Source: an uncultured Candidatus Kuenenia sp.
GTDB lineage: Bacteria; Planctomycetota; Planctomycetia; Pirellulales; UBA1268
Direction of reading: 5' to 3'
Assembly (NCBI GenBank): GCA_964478275.1
Contig: CAYZHH010000003.1
Location: 1-38,813 of the forward strand
DNA: 38,813 nt
Part shown: positions 1 to 8,581 of the stretch, one piece after another
How positions within the stretch are numbered: the stretch's first letter is position 1
How the letters are laid out: every line of letters begins with the position of its first letter
Notes under the pieces: model-generated
The model's input: the letters and a program-made list of their open reading frames with translations, nothing else
What the model was told of the DNA's origin: nothing
Databases searched by the model: none
Translations under genes and position numbers: made by a program

Positions 1-830
1 AGCACATCCAGCAGACCCTGGAAAGCCTTCGTCTCGATTTCTGGCGGCCGGGCGACGTTGCGGGCGAAAAGATTGCAGTTGGATATCGGGGCATGTTCGA
101 GCGGATGGCGCTCGGCGGGCGGGTGCTCTCAGCCCTCGGCTGGCCCGGTCATACCTCCTCGCGGCCGCAGGCTGGCCTCCAGAGGCTTGGCATCCCATGG
201 GATGATCCTCGGCTTCGGGAACCCGCTGGAGCCGGTGGAACGAGCCTTTTGCCGCTTGTAGGCGTGCTCGACACCCTCGCGAAGGTCGAGGATATCGACG
301 CCCGAAGTCAGGCGGCTCGTGAGGTCTTCGGCGATGTTGGTGTCGTGGCCATCGAGGAATTGGCCAAGGCGGCGGCTGGTCCGGTTGATCCCGACCGCGC
401 TCGCCAAAGGCGGCAGGCCATGCAGCCCCTGGGGCTGTCCCCTGAGGCAGTGGAAGCCGATCCACTTCTCGCGCTCGCCAAAATCACCCGCGGTCTCGAG
501 TCGGTGCCCGATCTGGGCGACCGACGGGCGAAGGCCATGGAGATTTTTGGCGAAGCTGCCCCCAGGCTCGAGCGGCTCGCGAGGGCCGTGGGAGTTGCCA
601 GGGCACTGGCCGCCCTCGATGTGACCGATGCCGACCCGGTGGCCATCGCTCGGATGGACGCCCGCGACGCCTTTGAGGCCACCTCCGATGCACTCGCTGC
701 CGCCCCTGAAGGGGACCAAGACAAGCTCGCGGAGGCCATGTTTGGCCCCGAGGGCCCAGTCCTGCTGGCCGAGGCCCGATTCCTGCACGAAGGCGAAACG
801 CATTCGTGGGGCTTCCGGTACGAGGATTGA
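1..830 (+). CDS. hypothetical protein, 5'-truncated at window edge (frame open from nt 3)
   Basis: The frame is open from nt 3 to TGA 828-830. First codon position is G-rich and third position GC-rich, which fits coding. The product is acidic and Ala/Leu-rich, with three A-x-E-[VIM]-F-G motifs (AREVFG, AMEIFG, AEAMFG). No family recognised. The exactly complementary minus ORF 129..923 is Gly/His/Arg/Pro-rich and looks like a shadow. Confidence 0.5.
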   Translation, partial: HIQQTLESLRLDFWRPGDVAGEKIAVGYRGMFERMALGGRVLSALGWPGHTSSRPQAGLQRLGIPWDDPRLREPAGAGGTSLLPLVGVLDTLAKVEDIDARSQAAREVFGDVGVVAIEELAKAAAGPVDPDRARQRRQAMQPLGLSPEAVEADPLLALAKITRGLESVPDLGDRRAKAMEIFGEAAPRLERLARAVGVARALAALDVTDADPVAIARMDARDAFEATSDALAAAPEGDQDKLAEAMFGPEGPVLLAEARFLHEGETHSWGFRYED

Positions 831-916
831 GCGGGTATTCTTCGGGGCCCGGGCAGAGACGTCGGCGTGTTCCGACTGCTGGTGCCGTGGGCTGATCATG
901 GTCATGGGATGCTGCA

Positions 917-1171
917 ATGGCACATAAAAAAGGACAGGGATCGAGCCGGAACGGTCGCGATTCCAACGCCCAACGGCGCGGCGTGAAAAAGTTCGGCGGC
1001 CAGGCTGTCATCCCTGGCAACATTCTGGTTCGCCAGGTGGGCACCAAGTTTCATCCCGGTGCCAACGTTGGCATGGGTTCTGACTTCACGCTCTACGCCC
1101 TGACGGAAGGTGTCGTGATGTTTGACCGTGAGGGACGCCGCGTGAACGTGGTGGCCAGCCCGTCGGCCTGA
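917..1171 (+). CDS. rpmA: 50S ribosomal protein L27 (bL27)
   Basis: 84-aa product [29 protein letters not shown]... carries the bL27 N-terminal signature. Conserved rpmA-obg synteny. Confidence 0.97.
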   Translation: MAHKKGQGSSRNGRDSNAQRRGVKKFGGQAVIPGNILVRQVGTKFHPGANVGMGSDFTLYALTEGVVMFDREGRRVNVVASPSA

Positions 1172-1232
1172 TCCGCTCCAGCCGCATGATGCGGCGCCAG
1201 GCCTAGCCCAACGCTTCCGAAAGACCCCGTAC

Positions 1233-2234
1233 GTGTTCGTCGATCGTGTTCAGATCGAGGTGACCGCGGGGGACGGCGGTCGCGGCATCTGTAGTTTCCG
1301 ACGCGAGAAGTATGTGCCCCGTGGTGGCCCCGACGGCGGCGATGGCGGTCACGGCGGAAGCGTGATCCTGCGAGCCGAAAGCGGAGGCGATTCGCTTACG
1401 GCGCTCGCACACCGAAGGCAGTGGAAGGCCGAGACCGGCACCGCCGGCGGACCGGCCAACCGGACTGGCGGCTGCGGCGCTGATCGCACGCTCCTCGTGC
1501 CCCCAGGAACGATTGTGATGGACGAGGCCACCAGGCTTGTCCTCAAGGATCTGGCCGTGCCAGGGCAGGAGATCATTGCCGCCCGTGGCGGCGGGGGAGG
1601 CCATGGCAACATGCACTTCAAGTCATCGACGAACCGGGCTCCACGGGAATGCACGCTCGGCGAGCCCGGCGAGAGTCGCCGTCTCTTGCTCGAGCTCAAG
1701 GTCATCGCCGACGTGGGGCTCGTCGGGAAGCCGAATGCCGGCAAAAGCACGCTGCTCTCACGGCTGTCACGGGCCCGGCCGGAGATCGCTGACTATCCCT
1801 TCACGACCAAGTCGCCGATCCTCGGGATGGTGTCGGTCGATCGCGAGCGAGAGTTTGTGCTGGCCGATCTGCCCGGGCTCATCGAGGGGGCGCATGCCGG
1901 CATTGGTCTAGGGCACGAGTTTCTTCGGCATGTCGAGCGAGCGGGCATTTTGGTCCATGTCGTCGAGCCATGCCCTGTGGACGGCACCGATCCGCTGACC
2001 AACTACCGGGCCATTCGAGAAGAGCTCGTGCTGTACGATGCATCACTCGGGACGCGGCCGGAGATCGTGGTCGTGAGCAAGTGTGAGCTGCCAGGAGCCG
2101 ATGCCGTGCGGGAGGAGCTTGCAGCCACGCTTGGCCGCGATGTGCTCGCCGTGAGCGCCGCGACCGGCGCCGGGCTCGACAAGCTCGTGTGGGCCGTTGT
2201 CGCGGAGCTCGACCGCCGGGAGCCGGTTGCGTGA
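1233..2234 (+). CDS. obg: GTPase Obg/CgtA
   Basis: N-terminal Obg fold with Gly-rich repeats (GDGGRG, GGPDGGDGGHGG). G1 motif GKPNAGKST and G3 motif DLPGLIEGA are present. 333 aa, directly after rpmA. Confidence 0.96.
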   Translation: MFVDRVQIEVTAGDGGRGICSFRREKYVPRGGPDGGDGGHGGSVILRAESGGDSLTALAHRRQWKAETGTAGGPANRTGGCGADRTLLVPPGTIVMDEATRLVLKDLAVPGQEIIAARGGGGGHGNMHFKSSTNRAPRECTLGEPGESRRLLLELKVIADVGLVGKPNAGKSTLLSRLSRARPEIADYPFTTKSPILGMVSVDREREFVLADLPGLIEGAHAGIGLGHEFLRHVERAGILVHVVEPCPVDGTDPLTNYRAIREELVLYDASLGTRPEIVVVSKCELPGADAVREELAATLGRDVLAVSAATGAGLDKLVWAVVAELDRREPVA

Positions 2235-2293
2235 TACCCCCCGACCTCCCCCCCGCGACCCGTGTTGGCCGAGGCATTTGCTCGGGCGACACC

Positions 2294-3097
2294 GTGCTGC
2301 TCGCAGATGTCGGAAATTCCCGGATCAAGCTGGCGCGGCTGGCCGAAGGGGCAGCGGGCGCTGCTGCGGGTGGAGTGGGTCTGCCCACGGTGACTCACCG
2401 GCAGGATCTCGACAGTCGGCGATTCCACCCCGACAACCTCGAGCGCTGGCTCTTGGCCGCGGCGCCAGGCCCCGCTGTGATCCTTGTCGCGAGCGTCTCT
2501 GAGGGGGCTGCCACGCGGCTCGAGGCGGCCGTGGCCGCACTCTCGGCCACGCGGCACCGGCCCATCCGTCAGCGACGGATAGGGCATGTCGACTTGCCGC
2601 TCGCGATCAATGTGCCTTCCCCGGAACGTGTAGGCATCGACCGGCTCGCCGCCGCCGCGGCTGCGATTCATGCGAAGCCTGAAGGCAAGTCGGCGATCGT
2701 CGTCGATTGCGGCACGGCTGCCACGGTCGATCTGGTAGCGGCCGACGGCACGTTTCTCGGCGGCGCAATCCTGCCAGGTCCCAATCTCATGGCCCAGTCG
2801 CTCGCTTCGGGGACGAGCCAGCTCCCGGCGCTTGCCGAGGCGGTGTGGGCGTTGCCGCCGCCGATGCCGGGCCGCACGACGGACGAAGCGATTGCCGCCG
2901 GAGTGGGGCACGGATTTCGGGGGGCGATCGCCCGCCTGGTGGCTGCGGCAGCCCGCGAGCTTGGGGACGAACCCGTCATTATCCTGGCGGGGGGCTCGCG
3001 AGCCATGGTGCGGGAGTCCCTGCCAGGCGCCATCGAGATTCCCGACATCGTGCTCTGCGGCATTGCCCTGGCCGCGGGGCGGGCGTGCACGCGGTGA
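2294..3097 (+). CDS. coaX: type III pantothenate kinase (CoaX)
   Basis: Motifs LLADVGNSRIKLA (DxGNS/T), ERVGIDRL, VVDCGTAATVDLV, GGAILPG and ILAGG match CoaX. GTG 2294 gives the family-typical N-terminus. An alternative in-frame GTG at 2231 overlaps the obg stop (GTGA) and cannot be excluded. Confidence 0.85.
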   Translation: MLLADVGNSRIKLARLAEGAAGAAAGGVGLPTVTHRQDLDSRRFHPDNLERWLLAAAPGPAVILVASVSEGAATRLEAAVAALSATRHRPIRQRRIGHVDLPLAINVPSPERVGIDRLAAAAAAIHAKPEGKSAIVVDCGTAATVDLVAADGTFLGGAILPGPNLMAQSLASGTSQLPALAEAVWALPPPMPGRTTDEAIAAGVGHGFRGAIARLVAAAARELGDEPVIILAGGSRAMVRESLPGAIEIPDIVLCGIALAAGRACTR

Positions 3098-3154
3098 TTG
3101 TCGCTCGTGTAGACTGCCTAGGATTTTTCCCTCTCAGGAAGCGCTTACCCCCCC

Positions 3155-3571
3155 GTGTCGAAGGCCGCCCCCGCACCCCCGTCCGTTTCGGCATCGAGCG
3201 CCGCCGCTGCGCTCGAACTTGTCATGCTTGCTGCCCGTGTGGCAGGAGAGACGCGGGGCACCGATGTCCGCATCCTCGATCTGCGCGAGCTCACCCCGGT
3301 CGTTGACTACTTCGTCGTGGTCACAGGTTCGAGCCGACGGCAGATGCATGCCATGGCCGACGAGATCGAAAAGGTCGTCAAGCACGATCTGCACGACCGC
3401 AGCCGCGGGAGTGATGGGTACGAAGAGGGCCGCTGGATCGTGCTCGACTACGGCAACGTGATGGTGCACCTCTTTGATCCAGAAGCCCGAACCTACTGGG
3501 ATCTCGAGGGGCTCTGGAGCGATGCGGCACGGGTAGCTGTACCAGGGGCCGATGGGGTGGCGGCGTCATGA
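3155..3571 (+). CDS. rsfS: ribosome silencing factor RsfS (Iojap family)
   Basis: LDLRELTPVVDYFVVVTGSSRRQMHAMADEI...WIVLDYGNVMVHLFDPEARTYWDLEGLW is the RsfS/Iojap signature. GTG start. Confidence 0.92.
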   Translation: MSKAAPAPPSVSASSAAAALELVMLAARVAGETRGTDVRILDLRELTPVVDYFVVVTGSSRRQMHAMADEIEKVVKHDLHDRSRGSDGYEEGRWIVLDYGNVMVHLFDPEARTYWDLEGLWSDAARVAVPGADGVAAS

Positions 3572-5424
3572 GCCCCGCTGAGCCGCAGCCGGCGGAAGTG
3601 CCGACGCGGGTCAATTTCAGATCGGCCCTGAGGCGAGCCTTCGCCGCGGCCCTCGAGGATCTCTCAGCCACGGGCGTTGTGATCATCGATCCTGCCGACA
3701 TGCCGGCGCTCCTGGACCAGGTGCGCGAGGCGGCTGATCCCAAGTTCGGCGACTACTCAGGCACCATGGCAATGGCACTGGCCAAGCGGGCCGGCCGCAA
3801 GCCTCGCGAATTGGCGGCCGAGATCGCGTCGCGGCTTGTGTCCGCCCCCGGGTACACCACCCTCTTCGAGCCGCCAGGCGATCCGGTCGGCCCTGGTTTC
3901 ATCAATGTCCGCATTCGCGACGACGCTCTCGCTGCAGCGGTTCGCGGTGCAGTCGCTGACGACCGGCTCGGGGTAGCGCCGGTCGAAACGCCGCTTACGA
4001 TCGTGGTTGACTTCTCGAGCCCGAATGTCGCCAAGCCCATGCATGTGGGCCACATCCGCTCGACCGTCCTCGGCGATGCCCTGGCCAGGATTCTCAGGTT
4101 TCGTGGCCACAAGGTCATCACCGACAATCACCTCGGCGACTGGGGCACTCAGTTCGGGATGATCCTCTGGGGATGGAAGCATTGCCGCGACGATGCGGCC
4201 TTCGCTGCTGAACCCACGGCCGAGCTGGGGCGGCTCTATCGATTGGTGCGAAGGGTGGCCGACTCCAAGCCCGAAGAGCTGGCCGCCGACCCCGAAGCCG
4301 CGGCCCTCGTGGCAAAGTTTCCCGATGCCGGCCGCGAGGTGCTTGCCGAAACGGCGAAGCTGCACGCGGGCGACCCCGAGAACCGCGGGCTGTGGGAGCA
4401 GTTCATGCCCGTCTGCCTAGCCGACATCGAGCGGCTCTATCAGCGGCTCGGTGTGTCGTTCGATCACCAGCTCGGCGAGAGTTTTTTCCAACCCATGCTC
4501 GCTGGCGTGGTGGAAGATCTCATGGCCAAGGGGCTGGCCCGCGAGAGCCGCGGAGCCGTGGGCGTTTTTTTGGACGGCGATGACGCGGCGCCGTTTTTGA
4601 TTCGCAAGGCTGACGGCGCGTTTCTCTACGCCACCACTGACCTCGCCACGATCCAGTGGCGGCGCGCGCAGTGGGAGCCCGACCGCATTCTCTACGTCGT
4701 GGACCATCGCCAGAGCCGTCATTTCGACCAGCTTTTCGAGACAGTGCGGCGCTGGGGCATTGGCAGCGTTGATCTTTTTCACGTCGCTTTCGGGACCGTG
4801 CTCGGCGACGATGGGCGGCCTTTCAAAACGCGGGCTGGAGACACCGTCGGCCTCGAGGCCCTTCTCGATGAAGGCGTCGAACGCGCAGCCGCCGTGGTGG
4901 CCGCGACCGGCCGCGACGGGATGGACGAGGCGACCCAGAAACGTGTTGCCGAAACGGTGGGCATCGGGGCGATCAAGTACGCCGACCTGTCGCAGAACCG
5001 CACGACCGACTACGTCTTCAGCTTCGACAAGATGCTCGAGCTCAAGGGCAATACAGCCGCCTACATGCAATACGCCGTCGCTCGCGTGGAGGGCATCTGT
5101 GCGAAGGGGTGCGTCGATCGCGATGCCGTCCGCGCCAAGGCCGCGGCGGTATCGATTGCGGCCCCTCAGGAGCGGGCGCTCGCCCTGGGAATCGTGCGGT
5201 TTTCCGAGGTTCTCGAGGATGTCGAGGCCGACAACAGGCCCAACCTCCTCACGGCCTGGCTCTATGATCTGGCCGGTCGTTTCTCGGTGTTCTATGACGC
5301 CCTGCCTGTGCTCAAGGCCGAAGGGGAAGCCGCCGCCAGTCGGCTGGCGCTGTGCGACCTGACAGGCCGTGTTTTGCGGCACGGCCTCGGCCTCCTCGGC
5401 ATCGGCACCGTGGAGCGGATGTAA
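3568..5424 (+). CDS. argS: arginine--tRNA ligase
   Basis: 618 aa with HIGH-type motif PMHVGHIRSTVLGD and anticodon-binding C-terminus ending ...GIGTVERM. ATGA overlap with the rsfS stop. Confidence 0.97.
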   Translation: MSPAEPQPAEVPTRVNFRSALRRAFAAALEDLSATGVVIIDPADMPALLDQVREAADPKFGDYSGTMAMALAKRAGRKPRELAAEIASRLVSAPGYTTLFEPPGDPVGPGFINVRIRDDALAAAVRGAVADDRLGVAPVETPLTIVVDFSSPNVAKPMHVGHIRSTVLGDALARILRFRGHKVITDNHLGDWGTQFGMILWGWKHCRDDAAFAAEPTAELGRLYRLVRRVADSKPEELAADPEAAALVAKFPDAGREVLAETAKLHAGDPENRGLWEQFMPVCLADIERLYQRLGVSFDHQLGESFFQPMLAGVVEDLMAKGLARESRGAVGVFLDGDDAAPFLIRKADGAFLYATTDLATIQWRRAQWEPDRILYVVDHRQSRHFDQLFETVRRWGIGSVDLFHVAFGTVLGDDGRPFKTRAGDTVGLEALLDEGVERAAAVVAATGRDGMDEATQKRVAETVGIGAIKYADLSQNRTTDYVFSFDKMLELKGNTAAYMQYAVARVEGICAKGCVDRDAVRAKAAAVSIAAPQERALALGIVRFSEVLEDVEADNRPNLLTAWLYDLAGRFSVFYDALPVLKAEGEAAASRLALCDLTGRVLRHGLGLLGIGTVERM

Positions 5425-5449
5425 CGACACGTCGCTCGACCACTTGGCG

Positions 5450-5471
5450 CTCGACTCTTCGAGTCGAGTTT
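5450..5471 (+). terminator. candidate intrinsic terminator hairpin after argS
   Basis: ctcgactc-ttc-gagtcgag forms an 8-bp stem 26 nt after the argS stop, followed by TTT. The U-tract is short, so this is weak. Confidence 0.3.
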
Positions 5472-5550
5472 GACGAGTCAGGAAAAGGCATCGCTTCGTC
5501 TTTTCTGCGTGCCTCACTCGCTCCGCGGATACCGTGATCGCCGTGGCTCA

Positions 5551-5739
5551 GGGTTGCCCGTGCCGCATCGCCGGACGTTCGCTACGGGCCTGCTGCTTTC
5601 GCGCCGGCGCCGCCGTCCCGGCGTCGGCACCGGCTTGCGGTCGCCGTGCAAAGCCCGGCTCCCAGGCGTTTCGCGCCGGCGCCGCCGTCCCGGCGTCGGC
5701 ACCGGCTTGCGGTCGCCGGCGACGCGGCACGGGCAACCC
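5551..5739. repeat. inverted-repeat-bounded GC-rich repeat element, locus A (contains a perfect 49-nt tandem duplication)
   Basis: The 23-nt terminal inverted repeat gggttgcccgtgccgcatcgccg (5551-5573) pairs with cggcgacgcggcacgggcaaccc (5717-5739) at 22/23 positions. The inner 49-nt core tttcgcgccggcgccgccgtcccggcgtcggcaccggcttgcggtcgcc occurs identically at 5597-5645 and 5669-5717. A related copy lies at 37517-37648. Confidence 0.85.
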
Positions 5740-5944
5740 CTTGCGGATGCGACAACGACTCGAACCATTTTCCAATAAAAGCCCCGATTGGCCATCGGGT
5801 GGCCCGGCTATCCACCACGACTCCGCCGAGCCGTTCGCTTATCGGGCATCGACTATTTCTCGGCCATACCCACCATGTCGCGGATCCTCGCGGGGCAGAA
5901 CGCCGCGTTTTCGGCCGCGACCCGTGACCGGTTACGATGCGGCC

Positions 5945-8053
5945 ATGACGCCCCTGAAGCACGACCTCCAAAAGATCCGTAATATCGGCATCGTGGCCCA
6001 CATTGATGCGGGCAAGACAACGCTCACCGAGCGGATGCTCTTCTTCACGAAGACCAGCCATCGCCTCGGCGAAGTTGATCGCGGCACCACCATCACCGAC
6101 TTCGATCCCGAGGAGCAGGAGCGGGGGATCACGATCTACTCCGCGGCGGTTTCGTTCCGCTGGCAGGACATGACGGTGAACCTCATCGATACGCCGGGCC
6201 ATGTCGATTTCACGGCCGAGGTCGAGCGGAGCCTGCGGGTGCTCGACGGGGCGGTCGTGGTCTTCAGCGCCCGTGAGGGCGTGGAGGCCCAAAGCGAGAC
6301 GGTCTGGCGACAGGCCGACAAGTACGGTGTGCCGCGGATCGCTCTCGTCAACAAGCTCGATCGCGAGGGAGCCGACTTCTTCGGGACGGTCAAGCAAATT
6401 GAAAAGCGTCTCGGCGCCAAGCCGCTGGTGCTCCAGGTGCCCCTTGGGATGGGGCCGCCCCACGTCAAAGATCCGTTTCGCGGGCTCGTCGATCTCGTCA
6501 CGATGGAGTTGCTCACCTTTCCGCCAAAGGAGGAGGCCCTTTCGGCAGACGGCCAGGGGCTCGCTGTGGCCCGTGGGCCGATCCCGCCCGAGGCGGCGGA
6601 GCTGGCGGCGGAGTGGCGGGAGCAGCTTGTCTCCACGCTCTTCGACTATTCCGACGAGGTGGCTGAGCTCGCGCTCGCCGAAGCGCCGCTTCCGCCAGAG
6701 CTCATGCGGAAGGTGATTCGCCAGGCCACCATCGCCAGGCTCGTGGTGCCTGTTTTGGGTGGCTCCGCTCTCGATTGCATCGGCGTGCAGCCCGTACTCG
6801 ACGCGGTCGCCTGGTACCTGCCGAGTCCTGCCGATGTGCCGCCGGTGGAGGGGCTCGATCCGTCCAAAAAGCCCCCCACGGCCATCATTCGGAAACCTGA
6901 TCCGTCGGAGCCTTTTTGCGGCCTCGTCTTCAAGATTCTGGCCGAAAAACATGGCGACCTCGCCTTCCTGCGGGTCTATTCCGGCACGCTCAAAGCGGGT
7001 AGTCGGGCCTGGAATCCGGCCAAGCAAAAGAAGGAAAACATTGCCCAGCTCTGGCATGTGCAGGCTGACCGCCGTGAGCAGGTGCCGGAGGCGAGGGCAG
7101 GGGACATCGTGGGAGTGGTCGGGCCTCGTCTGAGTGTCACCGGTGACACGCTCTGCGACGCGGCTGCCCCGATCCTCCTCGAGACGATCACATTCCCCGA
7201 GACGGTCATCTCGATGGCGATCGAGCCCGAGACGAGCCTCGAACGCAAAAAACTTGCCGATGCCCTCGAGATGATGAAGCGGCAGGATCCCACGTTCCGC
7301 GCCATCGAGAGCGAGGAGACAGGGCAAACGCTTATCTCGGGAATGGGCGAGCTTCACCTCGAAGTCATCCGGCATCGCCTCGAACGCGACTTCAAGCTTA
7401 AGTGCCGCGTGCACAGGCCGAGGGTGAGCTACAAGGAGACGCTCGAGCAGGCGGCGACCGTTGCGGGCGAGGCCAACCGGCAGGTGGCTGGGCAGACGCT
7501 CGTGGCCACGGTGACGGTCCGCGGCGAGCCGACCGATGTGCAGGGGCCGGTGGTGGTCGAGCAGGGCTGGTTTCCGGAGAGCGACTCCCTTGCGGTCATT
7601 GCCGCAACGATGACCGAAGCGGTTCGCGAGAGCTCCGAACGCGGCGGTCTCAAGGGCTGTCCCCTGTGGGGTGTGCGGATCGTGGTCTTGGAGAGCCCGA
7701 TCCCTGAGCCTTTTCCGGGCGATATCGCGATCCGTATTGCGGCTGCCGATGCCATCGAACGGCTTCTCACGGCTGCTGGAACCGTCCTTCTCGAGCCCGT
7801 CATGAAGGTCGAAGTGACTGTTCCCGAGGATTACCTGGGCGACGTGATCAACGACCTCCAGCAGCGGAGGGCGATTATCACCGCTACGGAGATTCGTGGC
7901 GGGGCCACGGTGCTCACGGCCGAGGCACCCCTGGCGAGCATGTTTGGCTATTCGCAGGCCGTACGAAGCGTGAGTCAAGGGCGGGCAAGCTTCACCATGG
8001 CCCCGCTGAAGTACGGGCCTGCATCGGCAGAAACAGCGGATTCGTTCATGTAA
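5945..8053 (+). CDS. fusA: elongation factor G family GTPase (divergent EF-G paralogue)
   Basis: The start at ATG 5945 gives [33 protein letters not shown]. G motifs [14 protein letters not shown], DTPGH and NKLD are present. Domains III-V are conserved ([46 protein letters not shown]). The listed 839-aa ORF starting at 5534 runs through the repeat element and is an artefact. Confidence 0.93.
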   Translation: [702 protein letters not shown]

Positions 8054-8084
8054 CGATGGCCGAAGCCGTTTCCCAAGGGGGTCA

Positions 8085-8113
8085 TTGACACGGTCGCCAA
8101 GCGTCTTTAGATT
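8085..8113 (+). promoter_or_regulatory. candidate sigma70-type promoter of the S10 operon
   Basis: Perfect -35 TTGACA (8085-8090), 17-nt spacer, -10 TAGATT (8108-8113). It sits ~140 nt upstream of the rpsJ start in the fusA-rpsJ spacer. Confidence 0.45.
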
Positions 8114-8251
8114 TCGTGGCTCGCTCGTTGCGGCAACCACGTTCTCTTGAACGCGGGATGTGCCGCCGAAGGGAGGACTCCTCGTCCCCCCTTGCGACGG
8201 AGGATCCTGTGGTCCTCCGGTTGCGCGAAGAGTCGTGGCGGAGTTTGCACT

Positions 8252-8581
8252 GTGGCCGGTCCCACTCAGGAAATCATTCGTATCCGCATGGAGGCCTACG
8301 ACCACGCCGTGCTCGACCAGAGCGCGGCAGAGATCGTGGACACCGCCAAGCGGACCAATTCCGAAGTGCACGGGCCGATCCCACTCCCCACGCGGATTGA
8401 GCGATACACCGTGCTTTCGGGCCCCCACATCGACAAAAAGGCCCGGCAGCAATATGAAATTCGGACCCACAAGCGGGTGATCGACATCGTCCAGGCCACC
8501 GCCAAGACGATCGAGGCGCTGAATAAGCTCAGCCTGCCTGCTGGCGTCGATATCAAGATCAAGGCCTCGTCGCGGTCGTAA
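8252..8581 (+). CDS. rpsJ: 30S ribosomal protein S10 (uS10)
   Basis: The GTG 8252 start gives [35 protein letters not shown]...GPIPLPT...[12 protein letters not shown], collinear with S10. GGAG lies 8 nt upstream. Confidence 0.95.
   Translation: MAGPTQEIIRIRMEAYDHAVLDQSAAEIVDTAKRTNSEVHGPIPLPTRIERYTVLSGPHIDKKARQQYEIRTHKRVIDIVQATAKTIEALNKLSLPAGVDIKIKASSRS

Noticed and set aside
1-830. Phage tape-measure-like protein (because of repeated x-F-G motifs)
   Set aside because: Only a vague motif resemblance. There are no other phage genes, integrase or att-like repeats nearby, and the gene is embedded next to rpmA-obg. Left as hypothetical.
129-923. 264-aa minus-strand ORF opposite the left-edge gene (also 308..739 and 484..1047 minus)
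   Set aside because: It is the complementary-register shadow of the + frame, with Gly/His/Arg/Pro- or Ala/Ser/Arg-rich composition. It would run into rpmA. The + frame shows the G-rich first codon position typical of real genes.
1181-1195. Hairpin gccgca-tga-tgcggc between rpmA and obg as an attenuator or terminator
   Set aside because: The stem is only 6 bp with a 3-nt loop and no U-tract, which is not distinguishable from chance in GC-rich DNA.
5597-5717. Possible miniature CRISPR array (two identical 49-nt repeats with a 23-nt spacer)
   Set aside because: There are only two repeat units. The repeat is longer and the spacer shorter than in CRISPR arrays, no cas genes are present, and the same core occurs singly at 37565-37613 inside a larger conserved element.
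5534-5944. N-terminal 137-aa extension of the EF-G ORF (listed start 5534)
   Set aside because: The extension runs through the repeat element, giving duplicated RAGAAVPASAPACGRR peptides. It has no EF-G homology. Canonical EF-G N-termini match ATG 5945 (12 residues before [15 protein letters not shown]).
5425-5944. Searched the long spacers (also 8054-8251, 8582-8832, 21078-21234, 26412-26625) for tRNA, tmRNA, RNase P, SRP or 6S RNA signatures
   Set aside because: I could not find a T-loop (GGTTCGAATCC-like) or acceptor-stem pattern, or the conserved RNase P, SRP or tmRNA motifs I can recall. A covariance-model scan would be needed to be certain.
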